34,141 nt of DNA from Perkinsus olseni (lineage: Eukaryota): contig JABANN010000378.1 of assembly GCA_013115125.1 (NCBI GenBank), positions 1 to 34,141 on the forward strand, in the 5' to 3' direction. The notes below the pieces were generated by a model that did not search any database, was not told the DNA's origin, and was given only the letters and a program-made list of their open reading frames with translations. Below are positions 9,417 to 22,456 of the stretch, one piece after another. Within the stretch, counting starts at the first letter, position 1. Each line of letters starts with the position of its first letter. The translations under genes and the position numbers were made by a program.

Positions 9417-10165
9417 TATTTACAACAGTAAGACGATTGAGTGACGGGAATAGTGAGTGGTGTAGCAAGGCCCCCCCCGAGCAAATACACTGGGGCGACT
9501 GTGGGAAGGAGTTACAACTTGAGATCAGAAACAGGACTCTCAACGATTGTTGCAGTGACGTATGAGCATCAGCGCATCCGGCGAAAGAGAGCAGACGCAC
9601 AGAAGCGACGGTCGTTCTGAGAATAGTAGTACTATACCAGACGAAGGAGAAGAGGACAACCGATAATAAATAGTACAAAGTAGCAGGAGAAAAGGGTGTG
9701 AGAAACAATCGCTATTGGCGTCGATGGCGAGATGACATACACCAAGTGAAAACGAATGATGGTAGCAGCGGCAAGGAGGGGGATAGCATGCGGCACACGC
9801 CGTGCGGGGTGCTAAACCCCAGGCACAGTCGTTGCTGATAATGCCGATCACAAACGGAGGCCAAGAGCTAATAGGTATAAGTGACACCGATATTCATAGC
9901 ACACAAGGAATAACCGCGAAAACCAATCGGTTAGATTTAGTTATGATGAGAGTATTATAGCCATAGTAGAAGTACGATAGAAGTCATAGCAGCAACAGTT
10001 GCTTGGAGAAGAAGAACCATACGATAATGAGCCTTTCATGACACTAGCCAAGAAAAGGTAAAGCAGCGGCATAGATGACCACAGTAGCGGCCAATAATAG
10101 AGCGCTACCAATGGGAAACCATATACACAACCAATACAATCACAGGCTGCTTGAACACCACCGCT

Positions 10166-11197
10166 CTAATAGGATGCACCCACTACACTACGACGACCTC
10201 GCGTTTGTGCAGCAGCAGAGACCATAAACCTTTGTCTCGCATCACCATAAGTCGGGTTATAAACACTAGTAGGGCCATGACCCATACCGGTCGTGAAGAG
10301 AGAAGGAACCGAACGAACGGACTGAGGGGCCCTCGGAACCGCTGGAGAGAATCCTGCAGTGGAATAGGATGATGACAACCCTCTCGAGTATTGCCGACCT
10401 CCATACATACTTGGGGCCGCCGAGTACACCGAGCCCAGTTCGGCTGATCTGCCGCGACTAAGGGTGGACATATTGCCACCGTATCCTGCTACACTCATAT
10501 TTCCACCATTATTCAGAGAATAGAGACTGCGGTTCGACTGAGCTCGGTAGAGTCCGCCATAGCGATAACGCCTACTCCTTTTGGGATCCCAAGGTGCCAC
10601 TACAACTGGTGTAGTGATACTGGCACCACCTGTACTCCCAGTATTATTGCTCCGCTGTCCGCTACGAGATGGGGGTGTAGGACCATCAATAGCAGCAGAC
10701 TCAGCAGAAGACGACGAGAAGGAAGAGTCATGGTCACGACGACGATGACGTCGTTGCTGTTGGTGACGGCGACGATGGTCACGTGACTTTGACGTGCCAC
10801 TGTTACTCGACACTTCTCGGCGAGTGTCATTCGATTCTGAGGACGACGACTGAGCTTGTGAGAATGTTGCGGAAGAAGCTGTTGCCGTTAACGGTTGTGC
10901 ACCTGATAATAATTATGAGGAAAACGCAGCAAAGTCGATATCATTGCCTCTCTTAGCAGGACCTCTCTCCTTTGTGGTGCTGTTGATAGTTGTATTGGTT
11001 GTACTTGCCGTCGACGCCGAGAGACTGGCATCAACTCCGGTCGCCCCTTCTCCTCCGACACCAGCAGCAACAGCTGCAGCAGCCTTGGTTTTAGTATTGA
11101 GTGTAGGGGATGAAGCAGTTGTTGGTGATGATGCAGTATCCGATACAGGATCCGAGACAGTCGCCTCTACCGGAACTTTACTCGAGCTGCAACCCAT
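10166..11197 (-). CDS. Low-complexity Ser/Thr/Arg-rich protein with N-terminal myristoylation/palmitoylation motif
   Basis: Starts MGCSSSK. A 45-nt GC-AG intron (10947-10903) joins ORF 10913-11197 in frame to ORF 10166-10813. The 3' end may splice further. Confidence 0.65.
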
Positions 11198-11719
11198 TTA
11201 CAACTTCAGGTTTACTGCCAACAGAGCTTAAAAGTAACGAAACAACAGGCCCACCGAGTTATATGCCACTACGACAACCGGCCTTGAGCAACCAAATAGA
11301 CTCCACAGATACTGTTGCGCACGGCAGAGGACACTAGGATGGCATCCCAACCCGAAAGTCAAGCCAATAGGACCAAGGAGGAGCTAGGCACACAAAAGTT
11401 GTGTGAAAGTAGACAATCCCAAAGAGCATTTCTAGCGATGGTGACTCCTATGCCACATTCCAACGACGTGAGAGTTACTACCCGCGGGCAACGAATATCT
11501 CTTACATGACGGACGAGGAGGACGAGAAGGAGCGTTCACCCATCACCCTAGCCGAACAAATAAAACTAAAGTCATCGCAGAAAAACGCTAGTTGTGTGAT
11601 TCTAGGGGGATCGTAGCCCCCTACAGTATAGAGTGGTCTTGAACATGGTATGACGACACTTATGTTGAAGCTATCAAAAGGAAATGATGGAGAACGATGT
11701 GACCTCTACACATGCATCA

Positions 11720-13737
11720 CAAGGTTAGCTCTGGAGTTCGGGTAAAGTTTGTAGAAGATGAAGATTCTTCACGTAGAAGTCGGTTTCCGAGGCCTCCTTA
11801 GGCCTGTGTAGTGGCAAATAATCCGCATTGCCGCCTGAAAGACATGAGATACAGAAGTCTGTTGAAGCCCAAAGATATTACTTCTTTGTCCACGCGCAGT
11901 CGTGGTCCATCAGAAGTAATCTCGGCACGGGCCTTAGCACCTTCATCTGAACCAGTACCTACCGGCTGCGTTGGCTTGGCAAGTGGGGAGCTCAAGGGTG
12001 GTAATTCGCATTGAGGCAGCAATGGTGCATTGCCAGGCGAGCTGGCGACAGCGAGCTGAGAAAAGCTGACGCAAAAAAGAGGGAAAGGTCCATCTCACTT
12101 GAGGCGCTGGGGTATGCTCCGGAGTCGTAGCAAGCTTGGAGTCCTCTGACTCTCTACCGCTAAGTACTGCCGAGGGCGGGCTCTCCAGAGTAAGGATTAG
12201 GGCCTACTGAACCGAAGTCACCGGGCGAGCCACTCGTCCCAGGCACCTACTCCTTCGCCCCATTCCTTTTCACTCACTTGGGAACTCTCAGAATTCCCCA
12301 AACTACACCCGATCAAAGGTGCGTATGTTTTACTTCGTGTATTCCCCCGGTCACGGGCGTTCTCCTTTCGACCGCGGTTAACTTTGCCAGAGCCCCCGCT
12401 AGCCCAGTCGCTCGTCGGTGACCCGCCCGAAGAACAACAGTTGTCAACCTGACGCAACGCACTAAACGACGACCGCCGAAGCAACAACTCCCCTGGGGAT
12501 ACTCTCCTCTCTCAAATTCTTTTCCCTTCCGGGTTGAGCCGACCTCACTTCGGCCGGCAAAGTTTCCCCGTCGTTGGGAGTACCGATGATGCTCCTTAAC
12601 GGAGCTCGAAGTGCCCCCATCGGAGTATTCCCATCTTCGCGTATACGCATGACCTCGGACCCCACCGCCATACCCATGTATACCTCCATCTTGGGTTCGA
12701 GCCGAGTGCGGGGCGGCCAGGCGCGAGCCCGTATCCACGCCACGGGAGGGAGACGGCTGAACAGGGTTTCTCGAGCCTGTCTGGGGCATATCAAGATGGG
12801 CGATCCCACTAGTCACTAAGCTACGTACAATAGCATGTAACAGGACAACACGAGGATCTATAGATGCCCCCCGAGAGGTGAGTGGTTCGAACAGCCACAC
12901 TCACCGACAACTCGACAACGAACTGCAAACAAACCATTGTAGGCGGATCGGTCTGATACAGACCTCCACTCGCGATGTATCACAAATCAGCTTGATAAAT
13001 GATAGAATAGAGGGAAGAGCATGTCTGAGACGGCGCCTTCCTCACGGCAGGGAGACAAGCAGCCATCTCAGCGGTCCAAGCTCTCGTAAGAACACACGAA
13101 TCAACGTTTCCAAACGCGAGGCATCATCTAGTGGAAGAACCAGTCGAGGATTCTTGAGTAGAACATCGTGGATGGAGAGGCCTTGACGCCATTCGATAGT
13201 TCTTCTTGATGACAATCTTGCCACAACCTTCTGCGATATCAGAATCTACAAAAATATTGAGCATGAAATCTTCATCATGAAGCTGCTTTACTTGAGCAAG
13301 ACGGCAATGCGTGAACCACTTGCCAACTTCTGCCATCTGAAGCACTACGTTGATCAGAGTATACAACGGGTTCTCGTCTCGGGACTCGTTTGCACTTCAT
13401 TGACATTTCATTTACAAAAGCGGCGGCGAGAGATTGCTGAATACGATTCATACGGGGCCCAGAAGCTCACATTCGAGAGGCAAAACCCACCGATTGAATG
13501 GGCTCAGGATTGTATTTGGAACGATGGAAGACACTTCCCATCATTACTCTGTTTAGGACTACACCGCAGAGTGGCTAGTTATTGCAGTCTGCACTCTTCA
13601 GGCGGGAGCTTGGCACCGAATACCAGGGGAGCCCCGAGGGGCACAAGCATTCCTGATAAATGGTGAAGAAGCAGTAAAGAGCTACGAGCAGTAACAGCTA
13701 AGACATCCAGCCTACCTTCTTGGGAGTAGCCGCTCAT
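11720..13737 (-). CDS. Hypothetical multi-exon protein
   Basis: ATG at 13737 (MSGYSQE) followed by a series of GT-AG-bounded open segments, e.g. ILISQKVVARLSSRRTIEWRQGLSIHDVLLKNPRLVLPL. No family recognised; 3' end approximate. Confidence 0.4.
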
Positions 13738-14069
13738 CGTCGGTGATTACATCAGCTTATTGAGCAGAAGTTGCCGTATGTTGACCGAGAACTACAGTAG
13801 TATGAATACGTCATTTTCTGCGCAACAAGCTAAACTCGGTACTCTCCATAGCTATTACTGTGACAGTGGAATCTAGCTAGAAGCAAAGAATAAGCGAGCG
13901 AGAGACAAGGAAGCGCGGGGAAGCGCGCTGCCGCACCTCCTGAGGGGGGCGCCCCCTGAGAATGATGCAACACAACAACTATTGGGCTGCGACAAGCTAT
14001 CCATGAAGAGTCCTCATATACGCCAGACGCCGGTTCGTCATGCCAATACACAGAAGGTAACACACTGGT

Positions 14070-16093
14070 CTAAAACACCTCACCAAATAACTGGCTGTAG
14101 GTCCTTTTGATCCACTCGTTCTCAATGGTGTAGCTCCCGGGGCCCGGAGTTTCGCTCACAGCGGCAGAGCACCCGTCCGCGAGGCCAAAGGCTTGGAAGC
14201 GACGTGTGGATGATGCGAAACCGATAGTCGCTCCGGTATTTATACCACTACCACATCCCCTCTCTGCCTCAGCAGCACTAGTTCCGTGGCATTCGGGAGC
14301 TTTCCGCGAATAATAGTACCCAGGACCAGGAGAAGAACCTTTGGAAGCATTGCCTTCGAAGAAGCGTGGCTCACGGCTAAGAAAGCCCGACCTGACGGAC
14401 TTCCGCGGGGCCCGATGAAGGAGGGCACCGTTGGATCCTTGTGGTTTGTTCGCATGCTCAGCAGAGCACAAAGCCCTCGTGGTCATGGCCGAACCGAGAG
14501 CTTTATCACTGGACTCTGGCGTTGTTGCATCCTGCATTAAATGGAAGCGCTTCGCTCTCGAGCGAAACGGCGCCGGATGGAAGGATTCCGTGGTCTTGGC
14601 CATTCGATCGCGCTTTCTCCGCGTGGCAAAATCATCGACACATGCACCATCTACATTCCCCGACGTTGCCTTTTGTGCGAGATGTAGGGTGTAAGCCTCA
14701 GCGACCCCAGTCGTGTCGCTCTGCGACCCCCTTGTTCCAAATCTGCTCACTGTTGAACCGAATCTTGTGTGACTAGATTTTGCGCCAACACCTGCCTGGG
14801 AGCCGTGACTAGCATCCCAAAGATTACTCAATACATAATGACCAGGACCGGGTTCCCTCGACTTCGAATCATCAACTCTGTTGGTCAAGCAGTTCGACGA
14901 GAATTTCCAGCCAGCACCCAGGTTCCTGCGACGGTTGGTATTATATTGGCCGGGCCCAGGAGATGACTGCACAGTGTATACGAAGCGGCGGGACATAGAC
15001 CCAAAGCAGGCAGAGCTCGAGCTGGTACAGTGGGGTGACGTATGCGTACCTGGTACATAACAAAGAAATATCGACTAGACTCATAGGCGTGACAGTGAAA
15101 GGAGGGGTGCACAGCCGGCAAGGTACGGAAATGCGCACGCCAGCTGTGATATACACCCCGTTTTGCGATTTGCGGCCACAAGACCCACCTCGTGGTGAAG
15201 CCTCGTAGTGGCCTGGGCCGGGGGTCGGCTGACCTTCCTCGCGTACCTTTCCTCTACTTCTACACGAAGGCTGCGTGAAGACGCTGTGCTGCTTACAAAA
15301 CCTTCGTAACCCGGTTCTCTCTGCGCCAGGATTGTAATAACCTGAGTAGGGCTGTAACTGACTCACTCTCCCCTTGATGCTTACCTGGTCCGGGATATGC
15401 TGTTCCTCCGCGATTGGAACAGATACTTTCCCGCGGGCAAGTGCCAAAAGTGGTCTTGGTCTTCCGATCCTTACGGTTAGACCGAAACTTCATGGATCGG
15501 CTTAGCCCCGACCCACCCTGCAGGGCCGGGGACGGAGAGTCATAGGGGACCAAGTCACCCGTCGGCGACTCGCGGTATCCGTAGCTTTGATGGGGACGAG
15601 GGATGCTGGGCGCATTGTTGCGAATTTCTCCTGATTGAACCGAGGAGCGCGAGCGCCCCTGTGGCACTCTCGGCGAAGACAGCGAACGAATAAGCCCTCC
15701 ACCAAACGCGCGAGGAACTTCGTATTCTCCCGGACCGATGTTGTGTGGAGCCCGCCAGGGACGGAACCTTGGACCATGAGAGTTGAACGGGACCATCCTT
15801 CCTTCATTTTGTCGACGCTGTTTTAGCTCGTCAGCCCAAATACTACTACAGGAGACAGAATCTCGGGACTCCTCGATACTCGGCTCGGCAGAAAGGCCCT
15901 CAGAACATCTTTCCGTAGGGCTTGAACGGACAAACTTTGTCGACATGATGCCGAAAGGAGCATCCACGGCACGCTGCTTCACGGTGTAATCAGCATGCCC
16001 TAGGTATTTGCCAGGCCCTAGAAGAGGGAGCTCCGCAGTAGCCGTATTGACGTCGAAGTTAGAATCACGAGCAGATCGGAACACGAATGCCAT
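14070..16093 (-). CDS. Sperm-tail PG-rich (SHIPPO/ODF3/STPG-like) repeat flagellar protein
   Basis: Multiple PGPGxY repeats (GPGKY, GPGEY, PGPGHY, PGPGQY, PGPGYY, PGPGSY) alternating with F-x-S-x-x-x-RF motifs, across three ORFs that introns can join. Confidence 0.85.
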
Positions 16094-16592
16094 GTTATTA
16101 CCGCATTAGCAGTGGAAGAACAAGAGCTGGGCCAAGAGACGCAGGGAATTGGATTGTGAAGCAACTAATCCATCCCGATGGCACCGCGAAGGCCGAGAAA
16201 GATACTGGACACCTCACCCCAGCAACATACTACTAATCACAACCTTTAAGCTACACGAGCCCCGGCGGCCGCGCGGCAAAATCCTGATAAGGCTACACCA
16301 CGGAGGCACAGTCCGTCGCATGGCTGTCTCCCTCTCGAACGGGTCCACACTTTCACAGCATCAAGGGGGAAAATACCCAGCCTACATGGCATTCAGTATG
16401 TGCAGAAGTGTGACAGAAGAGACATTAGCCCTCCCCCGGACGTCATTATCAGCTACGAGGGGATGGAGAATGCGGCACTCACCACCCATTAGCAGCAGAC
16501 TCGTGGTGCCCCTGCCTAGTAACGCAAACTAAGCCGAGGCTACACAATGATTACAAAAAACCAGCTGTCAACATTGAGATGGCAGATAGACG

Positions 16593-17001
16593 TCACCATT
16601 TACGTGTTTGCTGCTTGTCAATGAATTGTTTCGGTGCTTGCCTCTCACCAGCCTTCGCTGCGGTCCCCGCTAATCCGCCGAGAGTACGGCCTGAACAGGG
16701 ACATCCGTTGACTACGGACTCATCGGTTACAGGAGTGTCGTGCGAATAAGAAGATAAGACCTTGGAATGTTTCCATTCCTTACGAAGCACGCCGTATAGC
16801 GATTACGCCCAGACCGCCGAATAGAAGCAAGAATTCGTTCAATAGTAGTTTTGCACTACCCAGTTTATCTGCAGCATCTGTCGCTCTCTTGCTAGATTGA
16901 TGTGCGAAGTACTGGAACGCCGGTGAGTCAACGAGAAACCGCCTGAGGTTCTCCTCCATTTCCCTCCCCATCATCCGCGTGAAGAAATAAAATGGGTTCA
17001 T
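16593..17001 (-). CDS. Small protein, possibly Mrx7/NCBP2-AS2-like
   Basis: MNPFYFFTRMMGREMEENLRRFLVDSPAFQYFAHQSSKRA...; joined through an 18-nt exon (GMETFQ) to GRTLGGLAGTAAK. Family resemblance (LxxSPxF) is from memory and weak. Confidence 0.5.
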
Positions 17002-17293
17002 TAGCAACGACGAGGAAGCAAGCCGATGACTGATTGTTGCGCTGAATCGATCAGCTAGGCGTGCGCAAGCAGCATAGCGAAAATCGATTAGGGCCTCGTG
17101 TGCTCCCTTTTTTCCCCTCCTGGCGGGACATGCGCCTCACAGTGGCGTGGAGAGGCATAGGAATGGGGATAGTTCGATAGTATAATTCGGGGAACTGTGA
17201 GTACGACTCTAGTGGTGTGGTTGTCACTATGTTACCGGGCTGGAGCGGTTGATTGTTGACGTTGTTGTTGAAGTAGCCCGCCACATTGTTGCC

Positions 17294-17686
17294 ATGAACG
17301 TCGATCTCCTCCATCCCGATCCCGAACTTGAGAAGTCCAAGCATAAGCTGAAGCGCTTGGTACAATCCCCCAACTCCTACTTCATGGATGTCAAGTGCCC
17401 TGGCTGCTCCCAGATCACCACCGTGTTCTCGTAATATACTGGGGGTTTTGACTGTATTATCCATAGGACCACTTCGCTGTGCGTGGTAGAATTTCGTTTA
17501 GATTCGTAGTGGTCGTGCTCACGTAGCTCACGCTCGTCTGTAAGCTCCTGTTTGTAATGGACTATCTCATGTTTTAGGCACGCCCAGACTGTCGTCCTTT
17601 GCGGTAACTGCAACGTGATGCTCTGCCAGCCTACTGGTGGTCGCGCTCGTCTCACTGAGGGTACTTCTTATCGTAGGAAGGATTAA
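17294..17686 (+). CDS. RPS27: 40S ribosomal protein S27 (eS27)
   Basis: Exon 17294-17430 [46 protein letters not shown]; intron 17431-17577; exon 17578-17686 [35 protein letters not shown]. Confidence 0.98.
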
Positions 17687-18148
17687 GCAGCTGAGTTGAA
17701 AGGACTTCTTATGCGCTCATTGGTATATTTACGTGTTGATGATCTCTAGCTACTACCTGTGGAGGAAGGTGTTTGCCTGCTGCAAGTTCCTACAGTGGTG
17801 ACTACAGTTTGCTTGCACTCTGACCGGTAGTCGGCGATCCTGTACACAACAAAGGCGGCTTCCAAGATTGGTTTGAGTGTTGTTGTGTTGCGTATGTGAT
17901 AGTTGATGGATTTAGAAGTATAAGTGTTGGTTGAAATGCTCAGCACACATCAATGAGATGTGTGCCACGTTGTGTATGAGAGGAGGGATAAGGTCTCGGT
18001 TGATGTTACGCTGCGTTCATAACTCGTGTGTTGAAATACACTGGCGTATCTCTCAAGCTTCGTTCACCACTCAGGAATCGCCATTATTAGGCAGGGAGAC
18101 TGGAACGCAATCCATAACGGTGAGAAGTAGGCTTCTTAGTGCAGATTA

Positions 18149-19455
18149 TCACTCAGTTCTTATCTTAGTACGTGGACGTCTCTTGTAGACTAGCTTAATA
18201 ATCTCATCGACAGTTTTCTCTACGCTCCAACCTGTGGAATCCATGACAACCTGATGGTATATGCGTGGCAACACCCTGTGAGAATGCTTCTTACTGCTCC
18301 ATCAGCAACCCTCAAGGGATCCAGCTTCCGAGAGAAGTCTGCCTGATCCCTCGCCTTGATATCAGCCAAGGTTCGAGCAAAATCGCCGCCTGAACGAAAT
18401 TCCCGTGGCAACGCGTGAAGACTACATCTGCTATGACCTATCTGCCTCTGACGACGGTGCGCCCTCTCCTCCGCGGAGGCATCCAGATAGACTTTGACCT
18501 CGGCATCGGGGAATACCACCGATCCTAACGAATGCAGTCGCTACTACCGAGGAGAACACTTCTCCAACCTCACTCAGAGCACCTGTATCCCGGCCTTCTA
18601 TAACAACCCCCTCCTTGCTATTCTGAGCCCTATTCCTCAGAGAGCCTACAACAGCAGCTCTGACTTGAGGGATCTGGGCTACCTTAGCGGTGAGTAGAGA
18701 GATCGGAGGTGACCTTATGGCGTCAGTAATGTCCCGGTTACCTGCCATACAAATGGATGCTTCACGCTCATGCCTGCACGCGCGACACTACCGACAAACA
18801 CCCTCTTGTCATCTGTGAAAATGACCTGGTCCAACAATGCTCGTATAGTCTCATTGGCCAGGGATTCAATACCACCCTTGATATCGCCCTCGTTGACGAA
18901 GAGAGCAATACTACGATAGAGGGCTCCACTGTCAAGCTTAGTGAACCTGCTCGGGCGAGATCCCTACGACGGGCATCCCTCCATAAGTCCTCTAAATTAC
19001 CCGCTCAACCTGTCAGCTAGCATCTCAGCAACCGCACTCTTCCCACTCCCAGCTGGACCGTCGATAGCGATAGTAAATGTCTTCTTTCTCTTCGGGATGA
19101 ACCTCTTCCGCAAGGATAAACCAGTAATTACGATACCAGCCATAATGGGAGCCAGCAGCCATGTAGGACTGATATGCAGAGAATACTTAGGCTGTTGCTG
19201 GGCAGCTGATACTACACCTCGAAGTGCACCTGTGGACAGCCATCATCGTGAGATATCTGACCTCATCATCAAACCTGAAGCTGCCGGAGGGAGGTGAGCG
19301 TTCGGCATAGCCGCTGTCTCAGGACTGCGTGAGACTTGCGTGAGTACGAAGCGCTGGAAGTGGGTGATGCACACTATCGCAAGGGCGATAAGAATAATCC
19401 CACCACGGCGACTATGGCGACCCTTCTGGTCTCTGCTAGGCGAGGCGAGAGCCAT
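18149..19455 (-). CDS. cmk: Bacterial-type cytidylate kinase with ~110-aa N-terminal targeting presequence
   Basis: TIAIDGPAGSGKS (P-loop), LDSGALYR, VAQIPQVR, VVIEGRDTG, VFPDAEVKVYLDASAEERAHRR, IKARDQAD...PLRVADGA, MDST. These are the Cmk motifs, interrupted by short introns. Confidence 0.92.
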
Positions 19456-19587
19456 TTATGGCAAAGGCGACGAAATGACGGACCTGTGGAGATTTGACAA
19501 CTGGCGACGCTATTCGGTAACACGACACAGATGGTGATTCTTCCACCAATAGTACACCGGTAGATGCACAAGCAGTGTAATGCATCT

Positions 19588-21107
19588 TCATCCATGACCC
19601 ACAGCATCTTCGTTAGGACTCGAATCATTGAAACGAGAATCCGCAGCATGCCTCTGATCAGGCCATTGAGCGAACTTAGAGTAATGAGAAGTCATCTCAA
19701 CATTGACCGCTCCTATATCCAGGGTCAATCCTTGAGTGTCCCGATTGAGTATCCGTTGCATGGCTGTGTTTACCCGCTTACGCATACCCTGGGCACCCTC
19801 ACTGAGGGTACCATCATCAACTACCTGCAATAGTCATACTCCTACCCAAGGATGCTGATCCTCGCGGTTCGACACGTCTTACGTCTCTTGTGGACGTGAC
19901 TCCATCGGAAGGGCCACAGTCCCCGCTCTGCGCTGCGCCAGTCGCGGTCCATGCTTCCACAGCCGACCCGAAGTCAGCCCCCTCCAGCATTCGAAGTCGA
20001 ACTATCTCGGCACAACGGAGGTCACGAAGAATCAGGGCGGTTTGTCTGATCAAGCAGCCACGGTCAGGTCCAGATTCGACACGGTAAGCTCACCTCGATA
20101 TGGCTACGAATGCAGGGAAGGACAGTGTAACTACAAAACCAATCCAGGAGGAGACGAACTCCAAAAGGAACCCCCCAAAGAATAATGCAATAGCGGCAAC
20201 TGTGTAACTAAGGGGCATTTGGTGTCGACCGCGTGACTTAGGCCCTCGCAATCCCTACAGAAGCAACAGCACAAGCATGAAGGTGGTCATTGCCTTGTTG
20301 CCACTCGCCATCAAGACAATGATCTCAAAGGCTTTTGTAACCTGAAACGACGAAAGCCGGACTCTCTCTTCAGAAGGTGATACCCTGAAGCGCCTTCAGG
20401 CCGAAGATATTACAAGTAGCCAGAGCGAGTGGGAGATGGCGATATGCATAAGCCAGTTAGCAGCGTTAGGTTCAACGAACTTCATACAGTTCACGATAAT
20501 CTGCCCTCCACCGGGGTTGAAGTACTCTCCGTGATCGCAGTCCACTGGATCCATATCCCGAGTGAAAACGGTCTCGAAGCTTAGGGGAGACGAGAAGCAG
20601 TCGAAGCCTCTCACGCATTCATCACCTGATAACAGGTTACTACCAGGTGTGCATGACACCATCACGGGACCTACCCGGGAAGTCACCACGAGAGTTAATG
20701 ACATAGTCGATGACACAGAACTGCCATAGATAGGACAGGACTATGCACATGGTCAAGCGTAGGTTCATTTTAGCCCTTGATCGTATGCCCTAGCAGGATT
20801 CGGATTATCGATGGGACAAGTAGGTGTGAGAGGGGAATACGGTACCTTCCCCATCGGCTCATCGGTTATATCGATGTTGAAACAATTTAACCTCCGCTTC
20901 TTCACTGTGAACATACCGTTATACAATAATGGTAATATGTGATACCTCGCCTCCATCACAAGTCCGAGAGTGAATACAAGGCCAATAGCGTTTATTGTAC
21001 TACCTTCTCAATGCTGCCTCTAACAGCACTAGCGAGACACACATCGCTCCTCCTAAGGTGAGAGCCAATAGCTGATACTCGAACCAGGAGAAGGTGTTCT
21101 CGGACAT
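19588..21107 (-). CDS. Hypothetical multi-pass membrane protein
   Basis: ATG 21107 MSENTFSWFEYQLLALTLGGAMCVSLVLLEAALRR; later hydrophobic exons (SYTVAAIALFFGGFLLEFVSSWIGFVVTLSFPAFVAI) splice in frame to ORFs 19817-20053 and 19588-19830. Confidence 0.6.
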
Positions 21108-21237
21108 TGTAGCGGAGAGAAAACAACGGGAGTTAGCATCGAACCTTCGGAGCTCATCATATCTACCGTGGTTACCATAGCCTCAACACAATCATCTTCT
21201 TATAGAAGAGAACGTTGCAGCCCTTACTGGAGTAGGA

Positions 21238-22198
21238 TCAATCAGCCATTACGACTCCAGAGTCACTTTTCCGCCATATACCATGCCGTACAGCGACCTC
21301 AGACGTTGTAATGAATCGTCGATGCCGGACATCCTCCTCCAGACAAGCTCGTCCCCAATTGTCGAAATCAATTGGGGATCGAACATCCATGATCGATGTG
21401 GCACCAGAAGTGAACACTACTCCATCACCATGACCAGCCCATCGGAGTATGTAAGCTCCTGAGAACGAATCATACCTCAGGGGGCTGATGCGACCCATAG
21501 GTTTGCTATATGTGGTGACCGGAGTGACGAGCATTACCCCTAGCGAGAATTTCAGGCCGTTGGTCGCCGAGGCTCCTCATGTAGCTGCCGATATCCAACT
21601 CTATTAATAAACCAGCTTTTCGGATCGCTTCGACCAATCCACGCTTCAGAGTGACCTGGAAAGCATCAAGACTGCCCTTTCAACGCTGGAGTGTAGATGG
21701 TCGAGCTACCTCTTGACGCCCAGAGGCTCCGTTTGGATTCAAATCTAGACATATAACATCAACTTGGCTTCGAAGCGTCTCATCACCAAGTAGTGTCCAG
21801 ATAACAGCGTCGCTCTCAGGTCGTATAGCAACAATATCATAACCCTGGAGCCTGTCTAAATGGCACAGGCTCTCAGACCGAGCCATACTCACAGTGACAC
21901 GATCCAGGGCAATGAAGGAGAATCCTCCTTCTTCCATAGAACCCAGGCCAAAGCTGTTCAGCTGCCTGAGCGCACGCTGCTCCTCTTCGGCTATCTGCCC
22001 CGGCAACCTAACCTCAGGTGAAGGCCTATTGATGGCTTTTCGTTTATGCGTAGATACAGCAGACTCTGTGACGTGCCGGTTGAGTGCGCACCCATGGTAA
22101 CCGAGTTCACATAGAGTCGTAAACATATCATGAGTTCCCGCTGTAACCCCTATGCTAATGTCAAAGCTCAGCCGGCACTGGGTTTCACGCCGCACCAT
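21238..22198 (-). CDS. RPP30: RNase P/MRP subunit p30
   Basis: LCELGYHGCALN, DRVTV, YDIVAIRPES, VDVICLDL, LKRGLVEAIRKAGLLIELD, VVFTSGATSIMDVRSPID; three exons. Confidence 0.85.
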
Positions 22199-22456
22199 CT
22201 AAAAGTAACAACAGCTGCATTGATGGAGTCGAAAACACTTGAGGGTTTGATTGCTCTTACTGCGGGTAGGATTCTGCACGCCTGTAGATTACGCCCTGAA
22301 CCCGGACTTGAACACGGCATCTCCTGCTACGTAGAAACTTGTTAAATTCGATGTGTTCAACTCAAATCATTCGTTCGCTCCATTTCCAGTTGTGCGAGGA
22401 TTCGTCAATTTGATACGGTGCACTGAATAGCAGAGAAGATATGCTGTCGACTGCTT

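Noticed and set aside
17431-17577. Intronic snoRNA in RPS27
   Set aside because: No C/D boxes and no properly placed H or ACA boxes were seen.
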